Source of the DNA: Macrostomum hystrix
Taxonomy: Eukaryota; Animalia; Platyhelminthes
DNA length: 64,000 bases
Direction: 5' to 3'
Assembly (NCBI GenBank): GCA_950097015.1
Contig: CATNEN010000038.1
Span: 14,446,001-14,510,000 of the forward strand
Below the pieces are notes generated by a model that had not been told where the DNA came from, did no database searches, and was given only the letters and a program-made list of their open reading frames with translations. Below are positions 47,555 through 60,340 of this stretch, one piece after another (positions within the stretch are counted from its first letter, which is position 1; each line of letters begins with the position of its first letter). The position numbers were made by a program, and so were the translations under genes.

Positions 47555-49302
47555 GGCCTTGAATCTGACAGGCTTGATTTGCTTTAGACTTTGCCATTGT
47601 TTATTCCCAACAGACCAGTAATTCTAGCCATGCCTACTCAAATACTGTTCGCTAACTTGTTCTATAAATGTGGCACCCGTGTATCATCACTGACTATTGA
47701 CTGAGACAATGGTCTAAATGGTCAAACTCACTACATAATTTCTCTCGTCTCTCATCCAAAGAGCACTATCCTGAAGAGTTACTTGGTCCCAATTCACCAA
47801 CCAGTTGGTGTCCAAATTGTCTATATTCATTTAAACTTGCGCGGATCCGAACAATAATTCATCAGTTAATTTTTGTCTATACTATTCTTTCGATTCGCTG
47901 TGATTTATATGTGAAACTGAAATTTAGTCTATCTGCGAGATGAAAATTAACTAAATAAACTGAGTCATGCCTAATGACTCTAGAGATCGCACAGAATCAC
48001 AAAAGTAGGCTATTATTAAACTTGGTGAGTTAACTCAATCCTGGACTAAAGGTTCAGTCCATGGACTGGAAAGAATTTCTACCGCAGCTGATGCTGGTAC
48101 CTGTTTATCTGCGGACACAATTTGTCTAACAAGGTAAGACACAAGGATCTAGCCAGACTGTAATAAAATAAATTCCTAAATAAAATAAACTAAATAATCA
48201 TTGACATTGTTCTCGCAATTTTCGTCGACAATAGTATAAATGAGCTCGCTGTTTTCAGTTGTTAATGGAAATTCATCAGCTGACAATTAGAGTACTGTTA
48301 AAATATATTTCGTCTAATGGTGAATAAAAAGACAGGTAAAATTGTTACAAAATGTTTACACAATAAGCATGTGCCTAGGTTAGGTCGTATTTAGAAGAGA
48401 TTTAAAATAGAGTAGATAAAAAACAGCAACATTAAAAAGACCCGAAAATAAGTTTTTAAACAAAGCGCAAAATGTGTTACTTATAGTAGTGCAATAGAAA
48501 GAAAAAATTGGAATAGATTATATATCAGCGGAAATCCATTTCGGGGGAATGGTTCAACAATGGGATTTCGACCCCAGCTAAGCATCTATGTACAGTCTAC
48601 TGGCCCATGTCACACGAAAAAGATTCACATGCAGTCACAAAAATAGCAAGCAGAGTCCACTTTGGATTAAAAAAGAACTGAATTATTTTCCAGTAAACAA
48701 AATCAAATAATAAATAGAGTAGAAAAGTGGCCCGTGGTTTAGTTACAAGCATGATTATTTAAAGGCAAATTTATTCCACATTGGATCAATCGTGATGTGT
48801 GTGTATGGCAATAGATGAGCTAAAATAAAATAAGCATTGGAAAACGGCGTTGTAAACTAATAAACAATAGCTGAAGGAATGCTTCCAGTTCACAGCTTTC
48901 ATTAAAGTAAACAGATAGCTAGGATTCGTACAGTAGAGCAACACGAAAGAACAATAGCTGTTTTCAATTCTAGATGAGATATCAAACAGGTTGGTACATT
49001 TTCAATTAAACAAATTACTTTCTTTATATACTTACTAATCGTGCATCTCTGTCGTTTTAGTAGTTTTTAAGACGTCAGAAACTTTACTTTCTACTGTAAG
49101 TAGCTAAATTAGTTAATACGCATTTGTTTTTCATGTACGAGCGTAGCAGAGATTCGTTGCACGACAAGTAGTTCTTGGTAAAAAGCAGCTTTTCTGAACA
49201 GCAAAACTAGAGATAACAAATTAACTACAGTAAATGTTTCCAGTATAAAATGATGAGTTTTGTTGCGAGGAGCGCACAGAAGGTCATTGATGTCCGGGTT
49301 TA

Positions 49303-52300
49303 TTAGTTAAACCTAGCCGACATCAACGCGGCCATGACAGCGAAGATCACGGCGCCTAATGTGGGCAACAGATTGGAGGCTGATGCTTCTCGGCAGGTCA
49401 GCATTCGATAGCTGGAAGATAATTATTAGATGCCAGGCATGTTTAATTAGAGTGTTAAAACAGGCGAGTGCCCGGACTAACAGGAGAGTGACCAATCTAA
49501 CACAGGAGAGTGACCAATCTAACACAGGATAGTGACCAATCTAACACAGGAGAGTGACCTGTCTAACACAGGAGAGTGACCAATCTAACACAGGAGAGTG
49601 ACCAATCTAACACAGGAGAGTGACCAATCTAACACAGGAGAGTGACCAATCTAACACAGGAGAGTGACCTGTCTAACACAGGAGAGTGACCTGTCTAACA
49701 CAGGAGAGTGACCTGTCTAACACAGGAGAGGGACCTGTCTAACACAGGAGTGACCTGTCTAACACAGGAGAGTGACCAATCTAACACAGAAGAGTGACCA
49801 ATCTAACACAGGAGAGTGACCAATCTAACACAGAAGAGTGACCAATCTAACACAGGAGAGTGACCAATCTAACACAGGAGAGTGACCTGTCTAACACAGG
49901 AGAGTGACCAATCTAACACAGGAGAGTGACCTGTCTAACACAGGAGAGTGACCTGTCTAACACAGGAGAGTGACCTGTCTAACACAGGAGAGTGACCTGT
50001 CTAACAGAGGAGAGTGACCTGTCTAACACAGGAGAGTGACCAATCTAACACAGGAGTGACCTGTCTAACACAGGAGAGTGACCAATCTAACACAGGAGAG
50101 TGACCAATCTAACACAGGAGAGTGACCAATCTAACACAGGCGAGTGACCTGTCTAACACAGGAGAGTGACCAATCTAACACAGGAGAGTGACCAATCTAA
50201 CACAGGCGAGTGACCTGTCTAACACAGGAGAGTGACCAATCTAACACAGGAGAGTGACCAATCTAACACAGGAGAGTGACCAATCTAACACAGGCGAGTG
50301 ACCTGTCTAACACAGGAGAGTGACCAATCTAACACAGGAGAGTGACCAATCTAACACAGGAGAGTGACCAATCTAACACAGGAGAGTGACCAATCTAACA
50401 CAGGAGAGTGACCAATCTAACACAGGCGAGTGACCTGTCTAACACAGGAGAGTGACCAATCTAACACAGGAGAGTGACCAATCTAACACAGGAGAGTGAC
50501 CAATCTAACACAGGAGAGTGACAAATCTAACACAGGAGAGTGACCAATCTAACACAGGAGAGTGACCTGTCTTACTGTCTAACAGGAGCTGATAACTAAT
50601 CGTTAAACAATCACCTAAGTGAAATGAAAATGGCACTCACTAGTTCTGCTCATTGGTCATCATTCTGTCATAGTTCTGGGAGACGGTACCGCCAGCGTGG
50701 AACCAGATAGAAATGTCATTGAACGGATATTCGTAGCCTTGACGACACTCGCATTTGTAATTGTCCAGAGCGAATCGATTCTGAATCACTGGCACGCACT
50801 GGAACACGTGGAAGACGGGGGGATAATGTACTTTATAAGGAAACTTAGGAGCAGGGGATTAACAATGAGACAGGGAAGGAAAGGGGATTTAGTTGATTGC
50901 TAACCAACCACCAGTGGCACCAATGGCATCGTCGAATCAGATTGGAATCTGTAATTGAACTCCAGATTTGATACGGGTAGCAAATCTGTGACGATTCCAT
51001 CAGTGCCAAGGGCGGTTTCTTGGTCAAGTTGGTACAAAAAGCGAGCTGGATGCACACGTACTTTAGTGGCTACCTTAGCAACGCATATATTCTGCATAGC
51101 AACAGGGAAGCTAACTTTAAGTTAAGAGAAATAAGGATTTAGAACTGGGTTAAACAGATTCAGAATCGTGTCTCACAGATTAAGAATTCTGTCTAACAGA
51201 TTAGGAATTGTGTCTAACAGATTTAGAATCGCGTCTAACAGATTTAGAATCGCGTCTAACAGATTTAGAATTGTGTCTAACAGATTTAGAATCGTGTTTA
51301 AAAGATTTAGAATTGTGTCTAACAGATTTAGAATCGTGTCTAACAGATTTAGAATAGTGTCTAACAGATTTAGAATCGTGTCTAACAGATTTAGAATCGC
51401 GTCTAACAGATTTAGAATCGCGTCTAACAGATTTACAATCGCGTCTAACAGATTTAGAATCGCGTCTAACAGATTTAGAATCGTGTCTAACAGGTTTAGA
51501 ATAGTGTCTAACAGATTTAGAATCGCGTCTAACAGATTTAGAATAGTGTCTAACAGATTTAGAATCGCGTCTAACAGATTTAGAATAGTGTCTAACAGAT
51601 TTAGAATAGTGTCTAACAGATTTAGAATCACGTCTAACAGATTTAGAATCGTGTCTAACAGATTTAGAATCACGTCTAACAGATTTAGAATAGTGTCTAA
51701 CATATTTAGAATTGTGTCTAACAGATTTACAATCGCGTCTAACAGATTTAGAATAGTGTCTAACAGATTTAGAATCGCGTCTAACAGATTTAGAATAGTG
51801 TCTAACAGATTTAGAATAGTGTCTAACAGATTTAGAATCACGTCTAACAGATTTAGAATCGTGTCTAACAGATTTAGAATCACGTCTAACAGATTTAGAA
51901 TAGTGTCTAACAGATTTAGAATTGTGTCTAACAGATTTAGAATCGCGTCTAACAGATTTAGAATCGTGTCTAACAGATTTAGAATCGTGTCTAACAGATT
52001 TAGAATAGTGTCTAACAGATTTAGAATTGTGTCTAACAGATTTAGAATAGTGTCTAACAGATATAGAATCGTAACTAACAGATTTAGAATCGTGTCTAAC
52101 AGATTTAGAATAGTGTCTAACAGATTTAGAATCGCGTCTAACAGATTTAGAATCGCGTCTAACAGATTTACAATCGCGTCTAACAGATTTAGAATCGCGT
52201 CTAACAGATTTAGAATCGTGTCTAACAGGTTTAGAATAGTGTCTAACAGATTTAGAATCGCGTCTAACAGATTTAGAATAGTGTCTAACAGATTTAGAAT

Positions 52301-55300
52301 CGCGTCTAACAGATTTAGAATAGTGTCTAACAGATTTAGAATCGTGTCTAACAGATTTAGAATCGTGTCTAACAGATTTAGAATAGTGTCTAACAGATTT
52401 AGAATTGTGTCTAACAGATTTAGAATAGTGTCTAACAGATATAGAATCGTAACTAACAGATTTAGAATCGTGTCTAACAGATTTAGAATAGTGTCTAACA
52501 GATTTAGAATCGTGTCTAATAGATTTAGAATCGTGTCTAACAGATTTAGAATCGTGTCTAACAGATTTAGAATTTTGCCTGACAGAATCGCAATCGTGTA
52601 ATTCATATTTATAATAGTATTTAATCAGGCATTTTAAGCGCCACAATGACTCACATAGGTGGTGTCGAAGTGGCAGGGTGCCGTATTCTTAAAGAAATTG
52701 GCCTCATAAAAGTTGGCCGGGCACATGTTGATATCCATCTTGCTGAGCGGCACAGTGACAGTCACAACGCCGGTGAACTGAAGAGTCTTGTAGGGCGAGA
52801 TGCCAAAGAACGGCACAGCGATTGTAATAACCCAAGCGCCCAGGGACCGCCTGTTCGGATCCTTGTCCGGGTTGCAGTCAAAGTACGGCTTGGACCAGTA
52901 AATATCTTCGAATCGCGGCGCCCGATAATAGATTGGGAAGCGCTGGTATGGCTTCGACGCGGTTCCGTTCAGATCGTATCGAACGAACGGCTTGGTGACA
53001 AAGTTCTCAAGGCCGTAGGTGTTCGAGGCCCAGCGCTCCTTTAGCAGCTGAAAATGTTTAATAGAGCCCCATTGTTAGTTGCTTTGATCACTTTACTCAA
53101 TAACAAATTTTTTGGGGTCATTTAGGGGAAATGATTGGATTTTAAGGATATTCAATTAGACCATTTAGGGTCAGATAACTGGGTAATTTAGGGTCATAAA
53201 ACTAGGTAATTTAGGGTCACACAACTCGGTCATTTAGTGTCACAGAAATAGGTAATTTAGAGTCATAAAACTAGGTCAGTTAGGGTCACACAACTAGGTC
53301 AGTTAGGGTCACACAACTAGGTCAGTTAGGGTCACACAACTAGGTCAGTTAGGGTCACACAACTAGGTCAGTTAGGGTCACACAACTAGGTCAGTTAGGG
53401 TCACACAACTAGGTCAGTTAGGGTCACACAACTAGGTCAGTTAGGGTCACACAACTAGGTCAGTTAGGGTCACACAACTAGGTCAGTTAGGGTCACACAA
53501 CTAGGTCAGTTAGGGTCACACAACTAGGTCAGTTAGGGTCACACAACTAGGTCAGTTAGGGTCACACAACTAGGTCAGTTAGGGTCACACAACTCGGTCA
53601 GTTAGGGTCACACAACTAGGTCAGTTAGGGTCACACAACTAGGTCAGTTAGGGTCACACAACTAGGTCAGTTAGGGTCACATAACTAGGTTAGTTAGGGT
53701 CACATAACTAGGTCAGTTAGGGTCACACAACTAGGTTAGTTAGGGTCACACAACTAGGTCAGTTAGGGTCACACAACTAGGTCAGTTAGGGTCACACAAC
53801 TAGGTCAGTTAGGGTCACACAACTAGGTCAGTTAGGGTCACATAACTAGGTTAGTTAGGGTCACACAACTAGGTCAGTTAGGGTCACACAACTAGGTCAG
53901 TTAGGGTCACACAACTAGGTCAGTTAGGGTCACACAACTAAGTTAGTTAGGGTCACACAACTAGGTCAGTTAGGGTCACACAACTAGGTCAGTTAGGGTC
54001 ACACAACTAGGTCAGTTAGGGTCACACAACTAGGTCAGTTAGGGTCACACAACTAGGTCAGTTAGGGTCACACAACTAGATCAGTTAGGGTCACACAACT
54101 AGGTCAGTTAGGGTCACACAACTAGGTCAGTTAGGGTCACACAACTAGGTCAGTTAGGGTCACACAACTAGGTCAGTTAGGGTCACACAACTAGGTCAGT
54201 TAGGGTCACACAACTCGGTCATTTAGGTTTATAAAACATGGTAGTTTAGGGTAACACAAATAGGTCATTTAGTGCCACAGAAATAGGTAATTTAGAATCA
54301 TAAAACTAGGTCAGTTAGGGTCACACAACTAGGTCAGTTAGGGTCACATAACTAGGTTAGTTAGGGTCACATAACTAGGTTAGTAAGGTCACACAACTAG
54401 GTCAGTTAGGGTCACACAACTAGGTCAGTTAGGGTCACACAACTAGGTCAGTTAGGGTCACACAACTAGGTCAGTTAGGGTCACATAACTAGGCTAGTTA
54501 GGGTCACATAACTAGGTTAGTAAGGTCACACAACTAGGTCAGTTAGGGTCACACAACTAGGTCAGTTAGGGTCACACAACTCGGTCAGTTAGGGTCACAC
54601 AACAAAGTCGCTTAGGATCGCAGCCTGTATTATAGAAGGTCACATTACCGGGTCACTTAGGGACATACTATTTGGCGAATAGGTAATTTAGGGTCACAAA
54701 AAAGTTTCCACTTAGTGGTCATAAGCAGTTAGTCTCACCTTGAACCAGTCCCGCTCATAGTAGGCCCTGCTAGCTGGCCAACCGCCGGCATCCTCGGCAA
54801 TGAAACTCAGTTCGCGCTGTTTCTGATCGGTGCGCTGATCTGAGCTGATCTTGTAGGCGGTTGGTCCGAAATATTCTATCTTCCTCATCTGCTCCATGTT
54901 GTAAAATGAGTCGCGATCGTAATAGACTCCAGAGGACAGGATCCACTGGTCGGCCATGATGTTTGAGAACACTTCGCCATAGATCTGATGCTCGTTAAGG
55001 TAGTTATCGCCGTGAAGGCCGCCGTAGATTTCATCAGGATTAACATTTTGCTGGAAGCCGCTCAGAAAGTGCGCCAGCCTGGCATTTTAGGGTGATGGCG
55101 AGAAGGTCTAATGAAATACAGGATGCACTTAGGAAATTCTTATGGTGGATATTAGACTAGGTCAAGGATATTGGATAGCAGATTCTGATATTGGATAGCA
55201 GATTCAGGTATTGGATAGCAGATTCTGATATTGGATAGCAGATTCGGGTATTGGATAGCAGATTCTGATATTGGATAGCAGATTCGGGTATTGAATAGCA

Positions 55301-58300
55301 GATTCTGATATTGGATAGCAGATTCTGATAGCGGATAGCAGGTTCAGGTATTGGATAACAGATTCTGATATTGGATAGCAGATTCGGATATTGGATAGCA
55401 GATTCTGATATTGGATAGCAGATTCGGATATTGGATAGCAGATTCGGATATTGGATAGCAGATTCGGGTATTGGATAGCAGATTCTGATATTGGATAGCA
55501 GATTCGGATATTGGATAGCAGATTCTGATATTGGATAGCAGATTCTGATATTGGATAGCAGATTCGGATATTGGATAGCAGATTCTGATATTGGATAGCA
55601 GATTCGGATATTGGATAGCAGATTCGGATATTGGATAGCAGATTCTGATATTGGATAGCATATTCGGATATTGGATAGCAGATTCTGATATTGGATAGCA
55701 GATTCTGATATTGGATAGCAGATTCGGATATTGGATAGCAGATTCTGATATTGGATAGCAGATTCGGATATTGGATAGCAGATTCGGATATTGGATAGCA
55801 GATTCGGATATTGGATAGCAGATTCTGATATTGGATAGCAGATTCTGATATTGGATAGCAGATTCGGATATTGGATAGCAGATTCTGATATTGGACAGCA
55901 GATTCTGATATTGGACAGCAGATTCTGATATTGGATAGCAGATTCAGATATTGGATAGCAGATTCAGATATTGGATAGCAGATTCTGATATTGGATAGCA
56001 GATTCGGATATTGGATAGCAGGTTTGGGTATTGGATAGCAGATTCGGATATTGGATAGCAGATTCTGATATTGGATAGCAGATTCGGATATTGGATAGCA
56101 GATTCTGATATTGGATAGCAGATTCGGATATTGGATAGCAGATTCGGATATTGAATAGCAGATTCGGATATTGGATAGCAGATTCGGATATTGGATAGCA
56201 GATTCTGATATTGGATAGCAGATTCGAATATTGGATAGCAGATTCTGATATTGGATAGCAGATTCGGATATTGGATAGCAGATTCGGATATTGAATAGCA
56301 GATTCGGATATTGGATAGCAGATTTGGATATTGGATAGCAGATTCGGATATTGGATAGCAGATTCGGATATTGAATAGCAGATTCGGATATTGAATAGCA
56401 GATTCGGATATTGGATAGCAGTATTGGATATTGGATAGCAGATTCTGATATTGGATAGCAGATTCTGATATTGGATAGCAGATTCTGATATTGGATAGCA
56501 GATTCGGAAATTGAATAGCAGATTCGGATATTGGATAGCAGATTCGGATATTGGATAGCAGGTTTGGGTATTGGATAGCAGATTTGGATATTGGATAGCA
56601 GATTCGGATATTGGATAGCAGATTCGGATATTGGATAGCAGATTGAACGCTCACCTGAGGGCAGTGCGTGCCTGCACTTCAAACTGTTTATCGGCGCCAA
56701 ATCCGACCTCGCCGGGCAGGACCAGTCTGTCGGGTGGCATGGAGCCGCAGGTCTCAGGTGTGACAGCCTCCACCTGGGCCATGAGAGCTTTGACAGCTTT
56801 GTATCGATTGGGAGCAAAGCTGGACAGCCTGCCCAGGTAGTAGATGTTCTGCTCGCCGTAGTCTGCGGACACCTCGATGTTGCGCTTAGCCCGGGATTTT
56901 CGCTCGTCCAGCAGCCGCTTAGTGGCCTCAGGCAGCGGATGTCGCGGCACCAGGCGAGTTTCGGCAGCCTTTCCGCTTGACGCTGTCGAGTTGCCAACGG
57001 TGGCATTCACCAAGTAGCTGACCGCGTTGCCAACCGCCGACTTGGCCATCTGGACGAATCGGCGAATGCCGGTACGCTGACTCTGCGCCCGCGCGGCAGC
57101 CTCCCTGTCCTGACGTTCGTGCTCCTCGGCCCTGTAGCGCAGCTCAGCCATGCTGCTGGCATTGTACAGGTGCATCAGCTGCACCAGCAGTTTGACGTCG
57201 GATGCGGAGCGCTTCCTTCGGCGCTTGCCGGAGGGCCCGGTGCCCGTGCCAGTGCCGGTGGTTGAAATGCCCGTCTGAGTCAGGCGCTGGATTCGCCAAT
57301 TAACCGGGATGCATTCGAATCGTTTCGCCTCCTGATCCGATGCCTGCTCGATCTCGCGACCCATGAAGGGGCCGTTCTGCCAGTACGGATAGCGGAAGCC
57401 GGGCAGGCAGTGGCACATGTAGCCGCCGCGCTGGAAACCATAGCCTGGCAACGGCTCGCACTGCGGGATGGGATGAGAGTCTGTCATTGGATAATGCTTT
57501 TTTAGAAGGCTTAGATGTCTAATTCATGTTAGAATTCGTGTACCTGTACATTGGGTTTGTGTGTACATGTACATTAGGTTAGAATGTGTACCTGTTGGTG
57601 GTCGGTGACAGAGCGGTTAACGCATTTGCCTCTAGCACCAAGGTCCCTAAGTTCGATTCCAAGGCGAGGCCACATTTATTTGGGGCGCAGCCGCGGAGAG
57701 AAGGCTTGGGGGCTTGTCGTGCAATTTACGCCCTTGAGGGCCAACCTCCAAGGCACAGTGAGAGTGCACACTGCCTGACGATGAGAAAGTCAGGGCAGTT
57801 GGACACACCTGTGTGCGTGTGTGCTCAGGAGTCAGCGAAATGGGCGGAATTGCCTCCTCGCTGGCTGCAGGTCTAGTGTGACTAAATTATGTGCCATTGT
57901 CCGCAGCCCTCCTGCAATTATTATTATTATTATTGTGTGTACCTGTACATTGGGTTAGTGCGTGCATGTACACATTCAGTGTTTGAATGCGTACACTTAG
58001 GTTTAGAGGGCGAATGTACATTTGGTTTAGCATAATATGTACATGAGGATCGTTTGTTCGAGTGTATTTGTTTGTCTGGGACAAGGTTTGCATTGGGTTA
58101 AGAGTGTACATCAGATAGGCAGAGTCTCACTCACCAGTGTGGTTGCTCCGCACCTAGCGACGCCGCTAAAAAAGGTATGGTCAACGGAATCGAGCGACCT
58201 AGCGCACGGATCGAAATCGATCCGTCGAAAATCAATGTCGGAAGTCGAGACGGCGACGTATCTGAATTGAGCGAATGTTGGAAAATTACAGAGAATATCT

Positions 58301-60340
58301 GCAAACAATTCAACTTAGAACGACCCATAATTTCCCTATCTTATTCACCTAAACTTGCCGTTAATCAGCAGGAGAGTATAATTGAGCATTGATTTCCTTT
58401 ATTTGTCTTCTGTTTTATAGTGGCATAGCAGGGGTTGTAGTGGTTAGAGTATCGGACTAAACACTTAAAGGTCGGGGGCTCGATTCCCGACTCAACTGGA
58501 ACCATTTGTGTTCTTTAGCAAGACACTTTACTCTGCATTGAATCTGTTCACTGAGCTGTTAAATGGATAAATGGTTAACTAGGGTAATTGAGGGTAGATG
58601 TGACGTCCCCTCAGTCCATGGACTGAACAGTCGTACATAGCCTTAAGCAGCAGCTGTGCTGTCAGCTGCACATCTGGCCCAATTAGGACAGGTTTTATCA
58701 TTATTGATTATTATCAAACAGCCATATGTGGGCAATTTTTGTGGGCAACAGATGAGCCAGGATTTTTCGGCTTTGGCAGCCAGCGAGGAGACAATTCAGA
58801 CAATTTCGCTGACTGAGCACACTCACACTGGTGTGTACATCTGCACTGACTTTCTCATCGTCAGACAGTGCACACTCTCACTGAGCCTTGGAGGTTGGCC
58901 CTAGAAGGCGTAAATTGCTCGACAAGCCTTCTCTCCGCGGCTGCGCCCCAAATGAATGTGGCGTCACCGCGGAAACGAGCTCAGGGACCTTGGCGCGAGA
59001 GGCAAACGCGTTAGACCGCTCTGCCACTCACCATTGGTCGGTGCAAATAGTTCTTTGTGTAGCTACTGTTCCCCGTCCTTTATTTTTCAAATCAATAATC
59101 ATTTACCTGGGATTTCGTAGTTTAGTTTCTCTACTGTAGCGCCTCATGAAATCGATGACGGGGCCAACGCTAGACACAAGCCACATATTAGTCCGGCCGC
59201 AGTCAAAGTAGGGCCGGCTGAAATAAACCGGCTGGTAGGTCTCCTGGATGCCGGGCGAGGGCGGTCCGAAGAAGCGCCTGGTTACATTGGGAGTCTTGCT
59301 CATGACACCAGTGCCGGTGGAGTTGAAGATATTGTAGTCGTACTGGTGCTTGCCTTGGAAATCGGTTCTGTTGGTTGAAAGAGAAGGATTCTAGATATTC
59401 GAAATCGAGGGCGACAAGGACTTCAGGACACAATTGGATTCTAGACATTAGAAATCCAGCACAGCACAACAAAGACTTCAGGATAGAGTAGGATTCTAGA
59501 TATTATAAATCGAGGGCGACAAAGACTTCAGAATATAGTAGGAGTCTATATATTATAAATCAATAGCAACAAAGACTTCAGGATGGAATAAAGGTGACAG
59601 AAACCTAACCCAAATAACAAAAAATAAAATACACAGGTTTACCTTCGGTCCGGTATAAAGTCAATCTTAATCCTGGGATCTGGATCGTAGATAAAAAGCG
59701 GATTAAGCCGATGCCACCTAGCCGTGTAGTTGTGATCCGGCCCAGCGCCCAGATCCTCTACAATGATGGTATGATTGGTTGGCTCCCTAAGCCAGTTGAC
59801 ATTGTCCTGATAATCGTCCAATCGCCAGGCTTTGGGTCCGAACAATGGCAGGGTCTGGTTAAAGTTGAGAATGGTTGGAAACCAGTTGGCGTACTGGCAG
59901 TCGGTGTCAAAGAGAATCGAGGAGCCGTTCAGCAGGCCGGGTGATGACGTCACAGTGGCAGCGGCGCTGAGATAATAGTACATGAAGCCGGGCAGCATAG
60001 GAAAGTCAAACTCTGATTCGTTGAGGCGTTGCAAAATGTAGGAGAAGAAATAGCCGCGATTGAGAGCCATGTTGTGCAGGTGAATCAGCTTAGTACGATT
60101 GGGAAATATCACAATCTGCGGCATGATATTGAACTTTGGCACCTGGCCTAGCGAGTTGACGGGCAAGCGCAGTGAGTCAATGCTCAACTCCATGCAGTTC
60201 TTCTCATCGACGCTAATCATTTTCTCCATAACCAGGTCGAAATTATCGCGGCCCATCCATTCGTAGGGGCCTAAAGCGATTGAATAGCCAATTAGGAGGC
60301 AGGCGGCTGACACCGCAAAGGCCAAACTGCAGCGGCCCAT
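49303..60340 (-). CDS. Predicted secreted/GPI-anchored protein with two tandem GPR158/GPR179-like ectodomains (Cache-like plus EGF-like), 963 aa; exons 60340-59643, 59367-59107, 58261-58135, 57460-56655, 55078-54739, 53047-52655, 50798-50641, 49411-49303
   Basis: Eight GT-AG exons total 2892 nt in one frame. Signal peptide MGRCSLAFAVSAACLLIGYSIA. Duplicated motifs FSRPYFDCGRTNMW / WSKPYFDC and CEPLPGYGFQRGGYMCHCLPGF / CVPVIQNRFALDNYKCECRQGY. Hydrophobic C-terminus LLPTLGAVIFAVMAALMSARFN with no 7TM. Confidence 0.85.
49478..50575. repeat. 22-bp intronic minisatellite (ggagagtgaccaatctaacaca)
   Basis: Direct tandem repeats. Confidence 0.96.
51150..52590. repeat. 21-bp intronic minisatellite (tctaacagatttagaatcgtg)
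   Basis: Direct tandem repeats. Confidence 0.97.
53165..54605. repeat. 23-bp intronic minisatellite (ttagggtcacacaactaggtcag)
   Basis: Direct tandem repeats with degenerate edges. Confidence 0.96.
55165..56644. repeat. 20-bp intronic minisatellite (gattcggatattggatagca)
   Basis: Direct tandem repeats. Confidence 0.97.
57599..57933 (+). mobile_element. SINE family A, near full length, probable TSD tgtgtacctgt
   Basis: Head, body and (ATT)n tail match 45553-45925. Confidence 0.88.
58429..58715 (+). mobile_element. SINE family B
   Basis: Colinear with 14634-14945, including gctgcacatctggcccaatt..gacagg near the tail. Confidence 0.8.
58805..59033 (-). mobile_element. SINE family A, inverted, 3'-truncated
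   Basis: Reverse complement of the head and body (gactttctcatcgtcag...cgctctgccac). Confidence 0.82.

Noticed and set aside
51168-52646. 477-481-aa heptad-repeat ORFs on both strands (RIVSNRF / ILNLLDT)
   Set aside because: By-product of a 21-bp intronic minisatellite; no unique coding context.
53165-54605. Interstitial telomere
   Set aside because: TTAGGG occurs once per 23-bp unit, never as tandem (TTAGGG)n.
55204-56654. 600-aa and 236-aa minus-strand repeat ORFs
   Set aside because: Read-through into a 20-bp intronic minisatellite; the real exon ends at the 56655 donor in another frame.
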